DNA of 32,000 nt from Trichodesmium erythraeum IMS101. GTDB lineage: Bacteria; Cyanobacteriota; Cyanobacteriia; Cyanobacteriales; Microcoleaceae. The position numbers were made by a program, and so were the translations under genes. The notes under the pieces were generated by a model. That model ran no database searches and was not told where the DNA came from. It saw nothing but the letters and a program-made list of their open reading frames with translations. Location: NCBI RefSeq assembly GCF_000014265.1, contig NC_008312.1:480001-512000 (forward strand), written 5' to 3'. Below are positions 1 to 9,260 of this stretch, piece after piece. The first letter of the stretch is position 1; each line of letters opens with the position of its first letter.

Positions 1-356
1 ATAATTCATATGAAAAGAAACTATCTGAAAAAAATTTAGAGTCATCTTTAACTACCAGTTCAGAAATTACTGATGCAAAAGAGATTGAAAGATTACAGAA
101 TTTACTATCTAAAACAATTAATAATAATTGGAGAACAGAAATAAACACAAATTTGATTTATCGTGTCAAGGTCGCTGCCGATGGTTCTATTATTGGGTAC
201 AAACCAATAAGTTCTACTGCGGCTGATGAAGTGGATAAAGTTCCTCTGCCAGATCTATTAAACCAACAAGCACTAAGTCGAGATAATAATCAATCTACGA
301 CTGAGTTTAAGGTGTTGTTTACCAAACAAGGTTTCGTAGAAGTAGAACCCTGGTAA
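1..356 (+). CDS. 3' end of a CDS that starts left of the window; hypothetical envelope-associated protein (possibly a TonB/TolA C-terminal-like fold)
   Basis: The frame of the listed 153..356 ORF stays open back to base 3 (NSYEKKLSEKNLESS...NNNWRTEINTNLIYRVKVAADGSIIGYKP...). Stop TAA at 354..356. The listed TTG start at 153 is probably internal. No firm family signature recognised. Confidence 0.5.
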   Translation, partial: NSYEKKLSEKNLESSLTTSSEITDAKEIERLQNLLSKTINNNWRTEINTNLIYRVKVAADGSIIGYKPISSTAADEVDKVPLPDLLNQQALSRDNNQSTTEFKVLFTKQGFVEVEPW

Positions 357-483
357 ATATAGCTGAAGTCAGATGTTAAACTAGCAGCATCAATTAAATT
401 TGAGAGCTGTGAAAATGTCTGTCTTAGTAATGGCGACTGATATATAGAAATCATTTGGTATTTTTGCCAACATTAAGTTTTTT

Positions 484-510
484 GAGTAGGAGTCAGGAGT
501 CAGGAGTAGG
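484..510. repeat. STRR-like heptamer tandem repeat (AGGAGTC AGGAGTC AGGAGTA)
   Basis: Three and a half consecutive 7-nt units read directly in the intergenic DNA upstream of the OmpA-like gene. Confidence 0.6.
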
Positions 511-644
511 GAAAAAAAGGGTTGGGTAAAGTGAGGAAGAAATTATGAAAGAGGAATTTTTTTCCTCAAAACTTATACTTAAAAAACTAATTTTCCCAAA
601 ATCAGATCTAAAGCTAAATTAAAAATATCGCCAATAAAAAAACT

Positions 645-1508
645 GTGAGTAAATTGTCTCCTGATCGAATTCCCCCTAATTCTCCGGGGATAGGTGTGTT
701 AATACTATCCTTGATATTTCGCTTGTTAGTGCTTGGGATAGCTAGCAGTTTTTCCTGGGTGCTGGGAATGGCGATCGCTTTTCAATATCCCTCTACTTCT
801 CAAAAGGTACCCATAGCAGAAAAACTCCTTAATAATTTTAAGAGTAGAGTATCTGAAAAACAGTTGCCCCTAGTTTCAACTACTCCTCCTGCACCTATTT
901 TAGAAACTATAAAACCCCGCGTTCAACTCACTGAGGCAGAAAAAATTGAGTTAGAAACAGAACTGAAACAATTACAAGCACAGCTCAAAACTCTTATTGT
1001 TCGTACTACAGCTATAGAAAATAAACTAAATATCACTAGAGGTGATATAGATCTAGAAACCAGGTTAAATATAATTGCTCAAGAGTTAGCTGCTCCCCCT
1101 TCTGCAAATAAAAATAAACAGAGAAATCAATATTCTTCACCAGTTTTGACTAAAGCTGACATGGTGACTCTTCCTAGCGATATTTTGTTTGAGTCGGGTA
1201 GTAATAAAATTCGTTTTGATGGCAGAGTTATTGTAGATAATTTAATTCGTGAATTGAGAAATTATCAAGATGTAATAATTAGCGTTTCTGGTTATACTGA
1301 TAATAGAGGAAAAGCAAAAGTCAATCTAGAAAAGTCATTTTTACAAGCTGAAGTAATAGCAGAATATTTATCAAAAAAATTAGGTCAGGGTTATCGTCTG
1401 TTAGCTATTGGTTATGGAGAGTCTCGCCCCATCGCAGAAAATGACTCTCAGACTAATAGACAACGTAACCGTCGCATAGAGGTGAAAGTACATCTGAGAA
1501 AAAGGTAA
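645..1508 (+). CDS. OmpA/MotB-family peptidoglycan-binding protein with an N-terminal TM segment and a coiled-coil linker
   Basis: C-terminal OmpA-like domain: LPSDILFESGSNKIRFDG...VSGYTDNRG...NLEKSFLQAEVIAEYL...AIGYGESRPIAENDSQTNRQRNRRIEV. Hydrophobic N-terminus (GVLILSLIFRLLVLGIASSFSWVLGMAIAF). Heptad-like LTEAEKIELETELKQLQAQLKTL. GTG start as in the track. Confidence 0.85.
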   Translation: MSKLSPDRIPPNSPGIGVLILSLIFRLLVLGIASSFSWVLGMAIAFQYPSTSQKVPIAEKLLNNFKSRVSEKQLPLVSTTPPAPILETIKPRVQLTEAEKIELETELKQLQAQLKTLIVRTTAIENKLNITRGDIDLETRLNIIAQELAAPPSANKNKQRNQYSSPVLTKADMVTLPSDILFESGSNKIRFDGRVIVDNLIRELRNYQDVIISVSGYTDNRGKAKVNLEKSFLQAEVIAEYLSKKLGQGYRLLAIGYGESRPIAENDSQTNRQRNRRIEVKVHLRKR

Positions 1509-1626
1509 GGAGTTTGAAATATGAATTTATCCCACTAATACTAAAACGATGATATTATGATAAGCGTTACTAAGTATATGTAAATTGAAAGAAAATGCCA
1601 GGTAGATTTAAGAATTAAGTAACATA

Positions 1627-1704
1627 GAATGGAAGTTATTTGAAGATATTTTTCCTATTTCACCAGAAAAAAGAGGTAAAGGTATGTCTCATCTCACGGG
1701 GTGA
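1627..1704 (+). mobile_element. Short remnant of an IS5/IS4-family transposase N-terminus (DUF4096-like)
   Basis: Translation EWKLFEDIFPISPEKRGKGMSHLTG* resembles the conserved (L)S..EW.LI.P.LP....GR.. N-terminal motif. It is bounded by stops, with no remaining transposase body. Confidence 0.35.
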
Positions 1705-2337
1705 CAAGCAAGCTGGAAAATAGATGTATCAAAGTTTTTACAGGTTTAACTGAATAATAGTCCAAGTCAAATAGAAAACTGCTTGAGAGTATAGTAGCTT
1801 TTGGCTTGAATTATATGTTTTTTCTTAGATATTTTATGATGGTTTTATCCAAGAATGGGTAGAAAATTTAATGAGGCTAAATTATCATAAGTTACCCTAT
1901 TATAAAAAATGAATTCAAGCCATCTCAAAGATTAATACACTGTACAATTGTTGATTTTTTATGACTAATTAAAATTAATAAGAGTTACCTTTTTTCTAAT
2001 ATTATTTGCTATCGCACTAGAACTATTTTTCAACTAAATGGAGGGTTTCTTTTAGTTGAAGCATTCTTCATATTATTTGGCAAATCTCCTCCTATATATA
2101 GCTTTTGACTAGCTTTTCAACCAGTGAGATTTGCTTGATATAACTATGCTGATAGACCGCCACCCGAAGCCTGTCCCTCGTCATCACAGAAATAGATTAC
2201 CCGTGGATAAGTCATGTAAATCAAAAATTTAATCAGGGCAAAAAAAAGACATCAAATTATTTGTATAATAACTTTTGGGTGGAATAACATCTGGATTCAT
2301 TTCTAGTAGACTGAAACTTCTAAAATAAGAACTAACC

Positions 2338-3828
2338 ATGGTAACAGAAAAATTTTTTTAACAAGACATTCAAGAAAAAATAGAAACAAAAACATTCCAG
2401 TGGACAAAACAATGGTATCCAGTTGCAGTTGTGAACCACACTGACCCATCTCGGCCATTTCCATTCCAGTTACTAGGGAAAAATCTACTTCTGTGGCGGG
2501 ATAGTGGCAGAAAATGGTCTTGTTTTGAAGATGTTTGCCCTCACCGACTTGTTCCTTTGTCCGAAGGTAGGGTAGAGTCAGATGGCACTTTATTGTGTGC
2601 ATACCACGCTTGGCGGTTTAACTCTGAGGGAAAATGTGTCAGCATTCCTCAGTCTAAAGACAAAGAAACTGAAGCCAAACATTGTGCCAATAGTAAATCT
2701 TGTGCAACTGTCTATCCCACCCAGGAACGTCAAGGTTTGCTTTGGGTGTAGCCAGAGTCAGGAGAACAAGCTCAAGCAGAAAGTCAGTTACGGGAACCTA
2801 GGGTTGTTCCTGAATTGGAAAATCCATCAGACAGAGTTGTCAAACAATTTTGGAATATGCGGGAACTTCCTTACGGCTGGGATTTCTTTATGGAAAATGT
2901 TTCAGATCCTGCTCATGTTCCCGTTTCACACCACGGACTTATGGGTAGTAGGTATACTGATAATAAATATTATGACATGATTCGAGTTAGGGAATTTTCT
3001 ACCCAGGAAGGCTTCTCCTTTAAAATCCAACCAATAAATACACCTGGTGTCAAACAAGCTATCCATGATTTTCAACCACCCTGTCACATGAGAATTGTCT
3101 CTGAACTTGAGAATGGGGGAAAATCCATTTTCGCTTTGTATGCTAGCCCCTCTCGCCCTGGTTGGTGTCGTACCATTGGATGCCAGGTATTTGTAAAGGA
3201 CGAGCAAGGAAAGCGAGGTAAAGGTCTAGCATTCTTTGGTTTACCTATGCCTGAATGGTTGAATCATCTGTTAGGTCCTCTATTTTTACATCAAGATTTA
3301 GTCTTTCTCCATTACCAAGAGAAAATTTTGGCAAATAAACAGGAAGAAAAATACCTGGATGCTGTCTATACACCTAACCCCCAAGATAAAATGGTTATTA
3401 CTTTCCGCAAATGGTTAGAGAAACGTGCTGGAGGTGGGATACCCTGGAGTAAAGAATGTAACCCTGAACTACCAACACCAGAATATGACAGACGTAAGCT
3501 TTTTGATGTGTGGGAAACTCACACAAAAAATTGTATGGTTTGTCAAAATGCACTCAAAAACATTAATCGCTTCAAGATTTTGACTTATGTTGTGGCGGTT
3601 TTGTGTCTGTGTTTGGGTATAATTATTGATGCGCGGGCGATCGCTATTCAAGTAGCAACAGCAACGATAACTGAAACGGGAACATCGGTTTCAGGTTTTC
3701 CACTTCCTCCACTAGGGTTTTGGTTTGCTTTAGGAGGTGCAGCTTTATTTGCTTTTAGTGGATATAAATTGCAACAGTTGATCAGACTGTTTTATGTTTA
3801 TGAATTTGAACATGCGGATAATCATTAG
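2338..3828 (+). pseudogene. Rieske [2Fe-2S] oxygenase of the PaO/Tic55/PTC52 family, interrupted by two in-frame stop codons
   Basis: ORFs 2431..2751 and 2815..3828 are in the same frame. Rieske motif CPHRLVPLSEG...CAYHAWRF. C-terminal CxxC (CMVCQNAL) followed by TM helices, as in the PaO family. TAG at 2749..2751 sits where the family has LLWV-W-P. The ATG at 2338 is in frame (MVTEKFF*QDIQEKIETKTFQWTKQWYPVAV) but is cut by TAA at 2359..2361. Confidence 0.8.
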
Positions 3829-4812
3829 GAGAGACAGGACTAAGGAAAACTAACAGATTTCCGTCCGAAGCAATTTCAAACTTCAAAATTTCCAGGACTT
3901 ATGCGGTAGAATTCAGAAACCGCATTTCTTTTGGCAAGTCCAATCTCAAGAACAATTTGATAGTTTTTAGATCTATCTTTTCAACCTAGAAGTTGAGCAA
4001 ATAGCTTCTTCTGAATTTGATTTTAACAAAATCACTCAGTTATTACTTTAACTTTAGCGATCGCCTCTGATACATTATTTTATAGACTCACTCATTACCA
4101 TTACTTTACCTCACAAGGGAAGAAAAGTGTTGTAAGTCAAATTAGCATGAATAAATATTTTATGATTACACAGTCTGAAAACTTTCAATAATCACCATTT
4201 CCTTGACCCATAGATATTCCCATTATCTGTGTTTATGGGTTGAGTTTCCAATTCAGCAGGATTATTTATATTCATACCTCTAGTAAACTTATTGATTCCA
4301 AGCCCGTGACAACATTATATAGGAGCAATACGAGGTTTTGCTGCACTATTAGCAACAGTTGTTATTGCTTATGCAGAACATCAAGCATTTCCCCTATTAC
4401 GAGGATTTCGGAAAATTATCCCTCAAATGCGTACCCTTACCTTTTGGTGAACCTGTTTGTCATTTTTCCCCATTGCTTCCAGAAATTTGAGGTACAAAAC
4501 TATATTACAACCTAGTGAATACAGACAAAAAGCTCGGACTGGACTACTAAGGCACAAGCTCCACAAATATGTCTCAATTTGTATCAAATTAATACTTTTG
4601 ATATTAGCAAAATTTCCTAAGCGCCTACTTGGAAGTCAGTAACAGTCGTAAATATAATGCTGGTACCTTTAATTCTTTTACCCTTGAAGAAAAGAAAAAT
4701 CTACATTAAAAGGCGATCACTAATAATTCAAACACTTACTATATTAACAGATTGAAAATGGTGTCCTGTAACAGATTTTGACAACACTTTTTATAATTAG
4801 TAAACCACAAAT

Positions 4813-4839
4813 TAGGGACGTCCTTATGCAACGTCCCTA
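4813..4839. terminator. Perfect 9-bp stem hairpin (TAGGGACGT-N9-ACGTCCCTA); repeat-type hairpin and possible terminator downstream of the flotillin gene
   Basis: Read directly. It lies about 70 nt downstream of the stop at 4911 on the minus strand. A degenerate relative is at about 26231..26262. Confidence 0.4.
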
Positions 4840-4910
4840 CAAAGTATCATTTTTTGTATCTAGTTATATGTAGCGCTAGCATCTTCTCTGCTACACAACA
4901 ATTTAACTTC

Positions 4911-6182
4911 TTAATCCGTTGACTTCTGACTAGTAATTTGCGATGTATCCCTCCCTGCTGTCAGATTTTCCACAGTAGCAGGTATATCAATACCAGCAGT
5001 TTGCTTTAACTCCTCAAAGAAAGCAGCCATTTTTGTAGCATTGCTCCCACTTTGAGCATTAATTACAGTCACATTATCTACCTCAACCTCAGGGACAGTA
5101 GACACTATAATCTTTAGCAACTCTTCCAACTTCTGATACAGAAAAACATCCCGTGCATTTGCACCTGCTGCTTTCCAAGATTCCGCCAACTTGCGAATAC
5201 CCTCAGCTTGTGCCTTCCCTGGTTCCACAATAGCAGCAGCATTTCCTTTAGCCCGAGCGATCGCCTGCTTACATTCAGCTTCTGCCGGAGCCACCACATC
5301 CGCCTGTAACCTTTGTTTTACTTGTTTGATCTGCTCGTGCTGTACCGCTACCTCAGCCTTAGTTCGTGCTACTTTTGCTCCTATCTCTGCTTCTGCCTCA
5401 GCTACCACAGCTTCCCGTTTCGTTATCGCATCTTGAATCCGTTTTTCTGCATCTGCATGAGCAATCTCAATTTCAGCTTCAATCTTTTTGAGAGCAGTAT
5501 TTCTCTGGTTTTCTGCATCCTGTATAATTGATTCAGCCTGACTTTTAGCTTCAGCGATGCGAGAATCTCGTACAAGTTCCGCCTGTTGCTTACGACCAAT
5601 AGAATAAAGATATTCCACTTCATCGGAAATATTCTGAATTTTCAGAGTATCTAATACCAAACCTAACTTTTCTAAGTCGTCTTCTGCCTCTTCTAGTAAG
5701 TTTTTTGCAAAAGCAATTTTATCCTCATTCACCTGTTCCGGTGTCAAAGAAGCTAAAACACCGCGCAAATTTCCCTCTAGAGTTTCCTGAGCTAGTTTTT
5801 CGATCTCCTGGCGAGATTTTCCTAGCAACCGTTCGATCGCATTATGAATCGTAGGTTCCTCCCCAGCTACTTTGATATTTGCCACACTTTCCACTGTCAG
5901 GGGAATACCACCTTTAGAATAAGCATTATTAACCTTGAGTTCAATAATCATATTACTCAAGTCCATGCGAAAAGCTTGTTCTAATAGAGGTACACGAACA
6001 CTACTACCACCTTTTACTAAACGATATCCCACTTTTTGCTTGCTGTCTCCAACACGGTGACGACTACCAGCAAAAATTAGGACTTCACTTGGTTGGCAAA
6101 TGTAATAAAGATTGCGAATTACAAAGAGACCCGCACCAGAGCCTAATCCGAAAACTGCCAGTAATGCTAATATGATTTCCAT
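4911..6182 (-). CDS. Flotillin-like SPFH (band 7) domain protein, paralogue 1
   Basis: N-terminal TM, then an SPFH core (VGYRLVKGGSSVRVPLLEQAFRMDL...AYSKGGIPLTVESVANIKV...TLEGNLRGVLASLTPEQVNEDK...LGLVLDTLKIQNISD). This is followed by an Ala/Glu-rich flotillin coiled coil (AEAEAEIGAKVARTKAEVA...). Confidence 0.85.
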   Translation of the reverse strand: MEIILALLAVFGLGSGAGLFVIRNLYYICQPSEVLIFAGSRHRVGDSKQKVGYRLVKGGSSVRVPLLEQAFRMDLSNMIIELKVNNAYSKGGIPLTVESVANIKVAGEEPTIHNAIERLLGKSRQEIEKLAQETLEGNLRGVLASLTPEQVNEDKIAFAKNLLEEAEDDLEKLGLVLDTLKIQNISDEVEYLYSIGRKQQAELVRDSRIAEAKSQAESIIQDAENQRNTALKKIEAEIEIAHADAEKRIQDAITKREAVVAEAEAEIGAKVARTKAEVAVQHEQIKQVKQRLQADVVAPAEAECKQAIARAKGNAAAIVEPGKAQAEGIRKLAESWKAAGANARDVFLYQKLEELLKIIVSTVPEVEVDNVTVINAQSGSNATKMAAFFEELKQTAGIDIPATVENLTAGRDTSQITSQKSTD

Positions 6183-6259
6183 TATTTTTTGACTCCGTAA
6201 TTTTAGTTAGTAATACCAAGGCTGAAAAAATAATTTTTATAAATAATCGGGGATTAATT

Positions 6260-6360
6260 CAGCAGCATTACACTCATTGTTTACCTAGTCTAGTTTGACT
6301 AATTTTTATAGTACAAAAAGTTCAGTATCACATATAAGTGTAATTAATTTTGTGTTACTG
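6260..6360 (+). repeat. Copy C of the dispersed intergenic element (5' module only)
   Basis: CTCATTGTTTACCTAGTCTAGTTTGAC (6273..6299) matches the reverse complement of 14364..14390 at 26 of 27 positions. TAATTAATTTTGTGT (6341..) also matches colinearly. Confidence 0.6.
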
Positions 6361-6704
6361 TTTAAGGTAATTTAATCAGATTTACCTTGGATTAAAAAGG
6401 AATATTTTAACTATTTATTCTGAATTATGAGTACTCTCTCCTCACCCAATAGTGTTAGCTTCAACTTTATTTAGTAATTTATATTCTTGGCCTAATAGGG
6501 AATAGAGAATAGTATTAAACTGTACCTTACTCTCCTTAAAAGTGCTGTAAATTTTAGTACCTTTAATATACTTACTGACAGCAAGATAGTTAAATAAAGT
6601 TTATTTTTCATCTCTATAAATACAACCATTTTTTTCATTGAAACTGCTTGTAAAAAATACCTATTATCAAGGTTTATGAAGCAAATTATCAAATAAAAAA
6701 AACT

Positions 6705-8087
6705 CTATTTTTGAGTTCCCATAAATTCAACTTTTTTACTATTATGACTGCTTAAATTTCCTGTTACATCAATGCCAAGAGTTTGATTAACATTTTTGAG
6801 GAACTGGCGGAAGATTTCCGGATAGGCATTTATTAAACTAGCGATCGACTTACCATCCCCACTATCAATAACATTAATATTTTCCAGTTTAACTTGCCCT
6901 GGAATCTTAGCAGACTCCCGCAAAATCATGCTAATCTGCTGTAAGTAGAATAACTCAGCAGCATCCTTACCAGTCTCTTGCCAAACTAACGAAAGTATAT
7001 CGTTAACTAAAGCTTCAGCTTTAGCATTTTCCGAGAGTGAAGTGGCATTTCCCTTAGCTAATAATTCTTTAGCTTCCCTTTGCGCTTCTGCTGGCAAGAC
7101 TTGATCTGCTTCCAGACGTAACCTTTCTAATTCGGCGCGAAATGTTTGCAATAATTGTTCTGCTCTCGCTCTAGCTTCTTTGCCTGCTGCTATAGTTCGT
7201 TCTTCTTCCGAACGCGCTTGCTGTTCCAATTCAGCTTTGATTTTACGAAGTTCGTTTTCTTTCTGAACTATCAATGTAGCTGCCTGAGTTTTAGCAATTT
7301 CTGACTCTCGTTTGGACTCTGCTTCTACCTGGTCTGCTTCTGCTTGAGCATTAGATTCAGCAATTTCTGCATCTCGGCGAACCATAGCAATTTGTTTGCG
7401 ACCGATGGAGTTTAGGTAGTCTACGTCATCAGAAATGCTTTGAATTTTCAGGATATCGAGTTGTAGACCCAATTTAATTAAGTCGCGACTTACATCTTCG
7501 GCAATACGTTCGGCAAATTGGAGACGGTCTTCATTTAATTGTTCTGGGGTAAGAGTAGCAACAACACCTCGCAGGTTTCCTTCTAAGGTTTCTCTGGCAA
7601 CACGGGTAATTTCTGAGCGATCGCGTTCGAGAAATCTTTCTATAGCATTGCCTACTATTTTCGGATCACTCGAAACTTTAATATTAGCGATAGCTTGAAT
7701 ATTTAATGGAGTACCTCCTTTGGAATAGGCATTGCGCACTTCCACCGGCACTGGCATTGTTCGCAAGTCCATGGTTTTAGTTGTTTCCAGAATGGGAATG
7801 GGAATTGCTCTGCCACCAAAGATTACGCGATAACCAACTGTTTGTCCTCCTTTAAGTCGACGTTTACGACCGGATAAAATTAGAATTTCATTAGGTTTAC
7901 AAATTTGTATAAATGTATTGATAAACCAGATGAGTATTAATACTCCAAATATAGATAGAGCTATGGGTAAAGTAGAATTTTCACCTTTCAAATTATCAGT
8001 TTGACTACCATCTATTACATTAGGAGCTTGTGCTATTTCTACAGTTTGTATTTTGTTTATTTCTGACTCTAAAAATCTATTTTGCAT
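6705..8087 (-). CDS. Flotillin-like SPFH (band 7) domain protein, paralogue 2
   Basis: Same architecture as 4911..6182, with roughly half of the core positions identical by eye (VGYRVIFGGRAIPIPILETTKTMDL...AYSKGGTPLNIQAIANIKV...TLEGNLRGVVATLTPEQLNEDR...LGLQLDILKIQSISD). Longer N-terminal extension before the TM. Confidence 0.85.
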   Translation of the reverse strand: MQNRFLESEINKIQTVEIAQAPNVIDGSQTDNLKGENSTLPIALSIFGVLILIWFINTFIQICKPNEILILSGRKRRLKGGQTVGYRVIFGGRAIPIPILETTKTMDLRTMPVPVEVRNAYSKGGTPLNIQAIANIKVSSDPKIVGNAIERFLERDRSEITRVARETLEGNLRGVVATLTPEQLNEDRLQFAERIAEDVSRDLIKLGLQLDILKIQSISDDVDYLNSIGRKQIAMVRRDAEIAESNAQAEADQVEAESKRESEIAKTQAATLIVQKENELRKIKAELEQQARSEEERTIAAGKEARARAEQLLQTFRAELERLRLEADQVLPAEAQREAKELLAKGNATSLSENAKAEALVNDILSLVWQETGKDAAELFYLQQISMILRESAKIPGQVKLENINVIDSGDGKSIASLINAYPEIFRQFLKNVNQTLGIDVTGNLSSHNSKKVEFMGTQK

Positions 8088-8540
8088 GAGCTATATTTCC
8101 TGAATAACTTATTTTGAAATAAATTATCAATTTTTTAAAATGACAATTTAGTATCATTAACTACTCATTTTTATTTATTGTAGTAAAAAGATGATTTTTA
8201 AACCACCCATACCTAATTATTTTCCATACTTAATAATAAATACTCTTTCCCCCTTAGTAAATTATTTAGATTGTTCTGTACGAGCAATTAACTCAAGACT
8301 AGATTCTTTAATATTTAGGTTGACTTTACCCCTACTATTAGTATTAAATGTAATTTTTACAGTGCAAGTTAAACCAAACAAACCTTGAGGAGTAACCAGA
8401 CTATTTATAACTTTTCCTTAGCGAAAAATCCACAACAAAAATACTATTAACATCCCGCCAAATATTTTCACTGCCACTGATATATAAGCTAGCATTAGAG
8501 TTTGATTTTTCATCTTGATTCGTTTCTTAGCAAAAAAATT

Positions 8541-9149
8541 CTAAGATTTCTCATCATAAGATCTAGCTAGGGAATCTTCTGATACTACCAATACCCTACT
8601 ATTTTCTACTCCTACTATAAATACTTTTTCTTTTTTAGTAAACTCCCTGTTTTCTTCAGTAAAAGCCGTAAATGCTACCACAGATCCCTTAACACTTACT
8701 CTAATTTTTCCCTTACTATTTCTATCAAAAGGAATCTCAACCGTTCCCCAAAGACCGACTAAATCATTACTACGCACCAAACTATTAACCTGACTATTTT
8801 TTAGAGTATGTAATACCCATGCCATAATTGTGCCACATAAAATACCAACAATTATAGAAATAATAGCAATTATTTTTGGTGAAAGGTTGGGAGAAAGATA
8901 GTGTAATAAAACTCCAGTTAAGCCAAAAAAGCAACTCCCAAAAGTCCAAAATTTTAAACTAAATAATGGTAGCCATAGCCGCCGACCATATTGATATATT
9001 GAGGTATTACCTTGTTTATCTCCTTGGTCAGTTATTTCTAGGTCTGCCTCAAAGTCTTGATCAAAGTCTACACCATCTAGACCTGCAAATGCCGAAAGTG
9101 CAACAAACACTCCCCCAATAACTAGACAAAAAACATAAGCTGATGCCAT
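8541..9149 (-). CDS. YqiJ/NfeD-like membrane protein (multi-TM N-terminal part, C-terminal OB-like soluble domain)
   Basis: Three to four hydrophobic helices, then GLWGTVEIPFDRNSKGKIRVSVKGSVVAFTAFTEE...KVFIVGVENSRVLVV, typical of the NfeD C-terminal domain. It sits upstream of the flotillin genes, as in yqiJ-yqiK and yuaF-floT operons. Confidence 0.7.
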   Translation of the reverse strand: MASAYVFCLVIGGVFVALSAFAGLDGVDFDQDFEADLEITDQGDKQGNTSIYQYGRRLWLPLFSLKFWTFGSCFFGLTGVLLHYLSPNLSPKIIAIISIIVGILCGTIMAWVLHTLKNSQVNSLVRSNDLVGLWGTVEIPFDRNSKGKIRVSVKGSVVAFTAFTEENREFTKKEKVFIVGVENSRVLVVSEDSLARSYDEKS

Positions 9150-9260
9150 AAAATGTCCTTCATGATTTTTTTGTACCCTATTATCTATTTATATTCTGGC
9201 AAATTAGTTTCTCTATTTACACACTTTGTAAAAAAAATTTGTATTTTTCTAACAAACTAC

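Noticed and set aside
645-1508. The OmpA/MotB-like protein as the ZorB-like part of a Zorya-type defence system
   Set aside because: There is no adjacent MotA/ZorA-like large coiled-coil membrane protein and no ZorC/D-like genes. The upstream partial CDS is a small soluble-looking C-terminus. An ordinary envelope protein is more likely.
2303-3651. Listed ORFs 2303..2602 (-), 2582..2980 (+), 2926..3207 (-) and 3469..3651 (-)
   Set aside because: They overlap the Rieske oxygenase reading frame, which carries clear cofactor motifs. None has recognisable features.
4240-4642. Listed ORFs 4240..4515 (+) and 4457..4642 (+) in the 1.1-kb gap after the Rieske gene
   Set aside because: The translations are Cys/Ser/Ile-rich with no motif. 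The opposite strand also gives broken strings (e.g. GYAFEG*, FSEILVIGEMLDVLHKQ*) that I cannot assign. Probably decayed DNA, not reported as genes.
5114-5623. Four listed ORFs (5114..5299 -, 5191..5436 +, 5313..5531 +, 5423..5623 -) inside the flotillin gene
   Set aside because: All overlap the strongly supported flotillin CDS in other frames or on the other strand. Their Ala/Ser/Cys-rich or low-complexity compositions are mirror images of the Ala/Glu coiled-coil coding region.
6492-6692. Listed ORFs 6492..6692 (-), 8191..8388 (+), 9153..9335 (+), 10624..10815 (-) and 16137..16352 (-)
   Set aside because: These are short Ile/Leu/Phe/Asn-rich translations, typical of random ORFs in AT-rich spacers or gene-overlapping frames. 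None has a motif or a convincing RBS. 10624..10815 has a hydrophobic N-terminus but nothing else to support it.
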